Of a stretch of 64,000 nucleotides of DNA, positions 61,445 to 64,000 are shown in pieces. Each line of letters begins with the position of its first letter. The stretch's first letter is position 1. The DNA is from an uncultured Alphaproteobacteria bacterium (GTDB taxonomy: Bacteria > Pseudomonadota > Alphaproteobacteria > Rhizobiales > Xanthobacteraceae). The DNA is taken from positions 7,551-71,550 of the forward strand of contig CAVTOP010000017.1 in the NCBI GenBank assembly GCA_963736275.1, in the 5' to 3' direction. Under the pieces are notes generated by a model that saw only the letters and a program-made list of their open reading frames with translations, did not search any database and was not told the DNA's origin. The position numbers were made by a program, and so were the translations under genes.

Positions 61445-61467
61445 GAAAATCGCCCTCAGCCTCTAGC

Positions 61468-61662
61468 CGTCATGCCCGGCCCTGTGCCGGGCATCCACGT
61501 CTTTTATGACTAATGCAAGACGTGGATGGCACACGCAACTCGGGCCTGCCCGAGTTGCGTAAACGTCTTAATAGATTGTCGCAAGTCGGGTAAACCCGAC
61601 TTGCGATGACATAGGCGTGCGAAAGCACGCCGTCCTTCGGACGGCTATGCCCGGCCATGACG
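61468..61662. repeat. Type-1 palindromic repeat (reverse) with modules A and B both in the same arm
   Basis: cgtcatgcccggccctgtgccgggcatccacgtctt...aagacgtggatggc[A]gac[B]gcccggccatgacg. Confidence 0.88.
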
Positions 61663-61667
61663 AAAAC

Positions 61668-62766
61668 CTAAATTGCGGCAACTTTAATGACCAGGTCGGC
61701 CAGCCTTTCGGCGGCGTCGGTCGTGCCGCAGCTTTTGGCCCTTTGCGCCATCCTTGCAAGCCGCGCCGGTTCATTCGACAGCGCCGTGATTTCTCCGGCC
61801 AGACGCTCGGCCGTGAAATCCCGCTGTTCGATGCGGATCGCTCCGCCGGCGGCCTCGAGAAGTCCCGGCATTGGCGAGCTGGTCTTGATCCAGCGCGTGC
61901 GGCAGCGGAACCAGGATGGCCGGACGGCCGATCGCCGAAAGCTCGGCCACGGTCGATGCGCCCGAGCGCGAAACCACCAGGTGCGAAGCGGCAATGCGCG
62001 CGGGGAGATCGGCGAAAAAGGAGGCGACTTCAGCCGCAACCCCGAGTCGGGCGTAAGCTGCGCGCACGGCGTCGAGATCCTCGGCCCGGCTTTGCTGGAC
62101 GATATTAAGCCGCATGCCAAGACCTGCATCCAGCTGCCCGACAGCAGCCGGCACGATTTCCGACATCACGCGCGCGCCCTGGCTGCCACCGAACACCAGC
62201 AGGTTGAGCTTCCCATCCGCCGGGGCGACGTAGGGAATTTTGCCAGCTGCGATGACCTGAGGCCGCAGCGGATTGCCGGTGAACGTTATTTTGCTCTGCC
62301 AGTGCCGATTGAAATTCTTCAGCAGGCGAAACCCGGTAGCGATGGCCGTTACCCGGGGCGCGAGGAAAGCGTTCGCACGGCCCATGACGCCGTTCTGCTC
62401 GTGCAGCACCGTCGGTATTTTGCGCCAGCTTGCCGCGAGCAGCGGCGGAACGGTCGGATAGCCGCCAAAGCCGACCACGGCCCTGGGTGCAACGCGGCCC
62501 AGCAGCAGCCATGCCTTGACGCTGCCTAGAGAGAGCAAAGTCGCAGTCTTTGCCAGCGATATCGGATCGCGCCCGCGCAATGTTGCACTCGGGATGATGT
62601 GCATGACGCGCGCCGGAAATTTGTAATGCGCGGCGCGGTGGTCGGTTGCAAGCTCAACCGCGATGCCGCGCTTGTCGAGCGCGATCGCCAGAGCCTCCGC
62701 CGGAAACAGATGGCCGCCGGTGCCGCCGGCTGCGAGCAGGACGAGCGGCGCGCCGCTCGCAGGCAT
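61668..62766 (-). CDS. murG: MurG glycosyltransferase, +1 frameshift near 61862
   Basis: GGTGGHLFPA, GFGGYP, HEQN, GNP, GGSQGA, RSGAST and DQLANA. Confidence 0.95.
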
Positions 62767-63914
62767 CAGACCCGGCTCCCGGCCACCGCAAGATCGGGCG
62801 GGATCATCGCCGCGCGCGGCTGCTCCCGCGTCAGCGCCAGCAGCATGCCCATCGCATAGCCGAGCGAAATCATTGAAGAGCCGCCATAGGAAATGAACGG
62901 CAAGGTCATGCCTTTAGCTGGGATCAAATGCAAGTTCACCGCCATGTTGATGGCCGATTGCGTGGCGAAAAGAATGGTAAGGCCAGCCGCCGCAAAGCGC
63001 GTGAACGGGTCGTCGTTGCGCATGGCCCGTAACAGCATGCGGATGACGATGAAGGCGAACAATGCGACGATGACAAGGCAGAGCGCGATGCCGAATTCCT
63101 CCGCGGCCACCGCAAACACGAAGTCTGTATGGCTCTCGGGCAAAAGTCGTTTCACGGTACCCTCGCCCGGTCCCTTGCCGAACCAGCCGCCGCGCATGAA
63201 GCTTTCGGTTGCAATGTCGATATTGAACGTGTCGCCTGACGCCGGGTCGAGAAAACGCTGAATCCGGCGCGCGACGTGCGGCACCGTGTAGTACGCACTG
63301 AGGAGGCCTACGCCGGCTAAACCGGCAATGCCGGAGACCCAGACGACACGCATGCCGGCCATGAAGAAGAGCGCGCTCCACACCAGTGCGATCAGCATCG
63401 TCTGGCCGAAGTCGGGCTGCACAACGAGCAGCGCGACGACCATCAACAGCAGCATCAGGGAGAACGTGTTCGCCGGCATATCGGGGCGCTTTGCTAATTC
63501 GCCGAACAGCCAGGCGACGATGATGACGAAGGCAGGTTTGAGGAACTCCGACGGTTGAATGCTGATGCCGGATATGACCAGCCAGCGCCGCGCGCCCTTG
63601 ATCTCGGGGCCGAAGAAAGGTGTCGCCGCGACCAGGATGAGGCTCACGGCAAAGATGAGCAGTGACAGTCGGCGGACCTGATGGGGATTGAGGAAGGACA
63701 CGCCGAGCATCACGGCGATCGACGGCAGAAGAAACAGAATATGGCGGTTGACGAAATAGAACGGGTCGAGACCGAGCCGGCCTGCGACCGGCGGGCTTGC
63801 CGCAAGCGAAAGCACGACGCCGGCCAGCATCAATGCGCCGATGGCGGCAAGCGTCAGCCGGTCGACCGTCCACCACCATTCGCCGAAGAGCGTGCGTTGC
63901 GCGCGCGAATGCAT
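62766..63914 (-). CDS. ftsW: Peptidoglycan polymerase FtsW
   Basis: KGARRW, QPSEFLKP, QPDFG, PESHTDF..A...EE.G and KGMTLPFISYGGSS. Confidence 0.96.
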   Translation of the reverse strand: MHSRAQRTLFGEWWWTVDRLTLAAIGALMLAGVVLSLAASPPVAGRLGLDPFYFVNRHILFLLPSIAVMLGVSFLNPHQVRRLSLLIFAVSLILVAATPFFGPEIKGARRWLVISGISIQPSEFLKPAFVIIVAWLFGELAKRPDMPANTFSLMLLLMVVALLVVQPDFGQTMLIALVWSALFFMAGMRVVWVSGIAGLAGVGLLSAYYTVPHVARRIQRFLDPASGDTFNIDIATESFMRGGWFGKGPGEGTVKRLLPESHTDFVFAVAAEEFGIALCLVIVALFAFIVIRMLLRAMRNDDPFTRFAAAGLTILFATQSAINMAVNLHLIPAKGMTLPFISYGGSSMISLGYAMGMLLALTREQPRAAMIPPDLAVAGSRV

Positions 63915-63952
63915 CCTTAAGTCCCCGTCGGCCTCAAGCTGACGCTTCGCGG

Positions 63953-63968
63953 TTTAGGAAGCATTAAC
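63953..63968. promoter_or_regulatory. CtrA-type box upstream of ftsW
   Basis: TTTA-N7-TTAAC (1 mismatch), ~40 bp upstream of the ftsW ATG. Confidence 0.55.
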
Positions 63969-64000
63969 AGTCGCCGTCATGCCGGGCATTGCCAGCACGA

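Overview
This is a GC-rich alphaproteobacterial chromosome segment. Gene content suggests Hyphomicrobiales, close to Xanthobacteraceae/Nitrobacteraceae (inference). Left part (1-18.6 kb): FAD monooxygenase, SDR, uvrD, a 2Fe-2S adenylate cyclase, a dCache-PAS-GGDEF-EAL protein, a Crp-family regulator flanked by two CRP-box promoters, and small envelope genes. Middle part (18.9-40 kb): an accessory island with two DUF1254/DUF1214 genes, DUF3300/DUF2950/DUF3302/HlyD, a HAD hydrolase, PPK2, an arylsulfatase with its formylglycine-generating enzyme, a MASE1 kinase with two response regulators, an SphA-type barrel and a patatin. Four perfect and one degenerate copy of the palindrome TTGGAC-N4-GTCCAA lie upstream of its minus-strand operons, which suggests a self-contained regulon. 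Right part (40-64 kb): housekeeping genes (prmA, aminopeptidase P, ligA, recN, bamD, lpxC) and the dcw cluster (ftsZ, ftsA, ftsQ, ddl, murB, murC, murG, ftsW). Other notable signals are a DUF3300 protein ending in a phage-type self-cleaving S74 chaperone domain, a ~550 nt hairpin-dense non-coding element, and a family of nested palindromic repeats, one of them in-frame inside uvrD. There are also IS701 and IS30 remnants. About a dozen frameshifts, some in essential genes, look like sequencing errors; five are GANTC to GANTTC insertions. No rRNA, tRNA or CRISPR array was seen. All family assignments come from motif recognition by eye; no database search was run.
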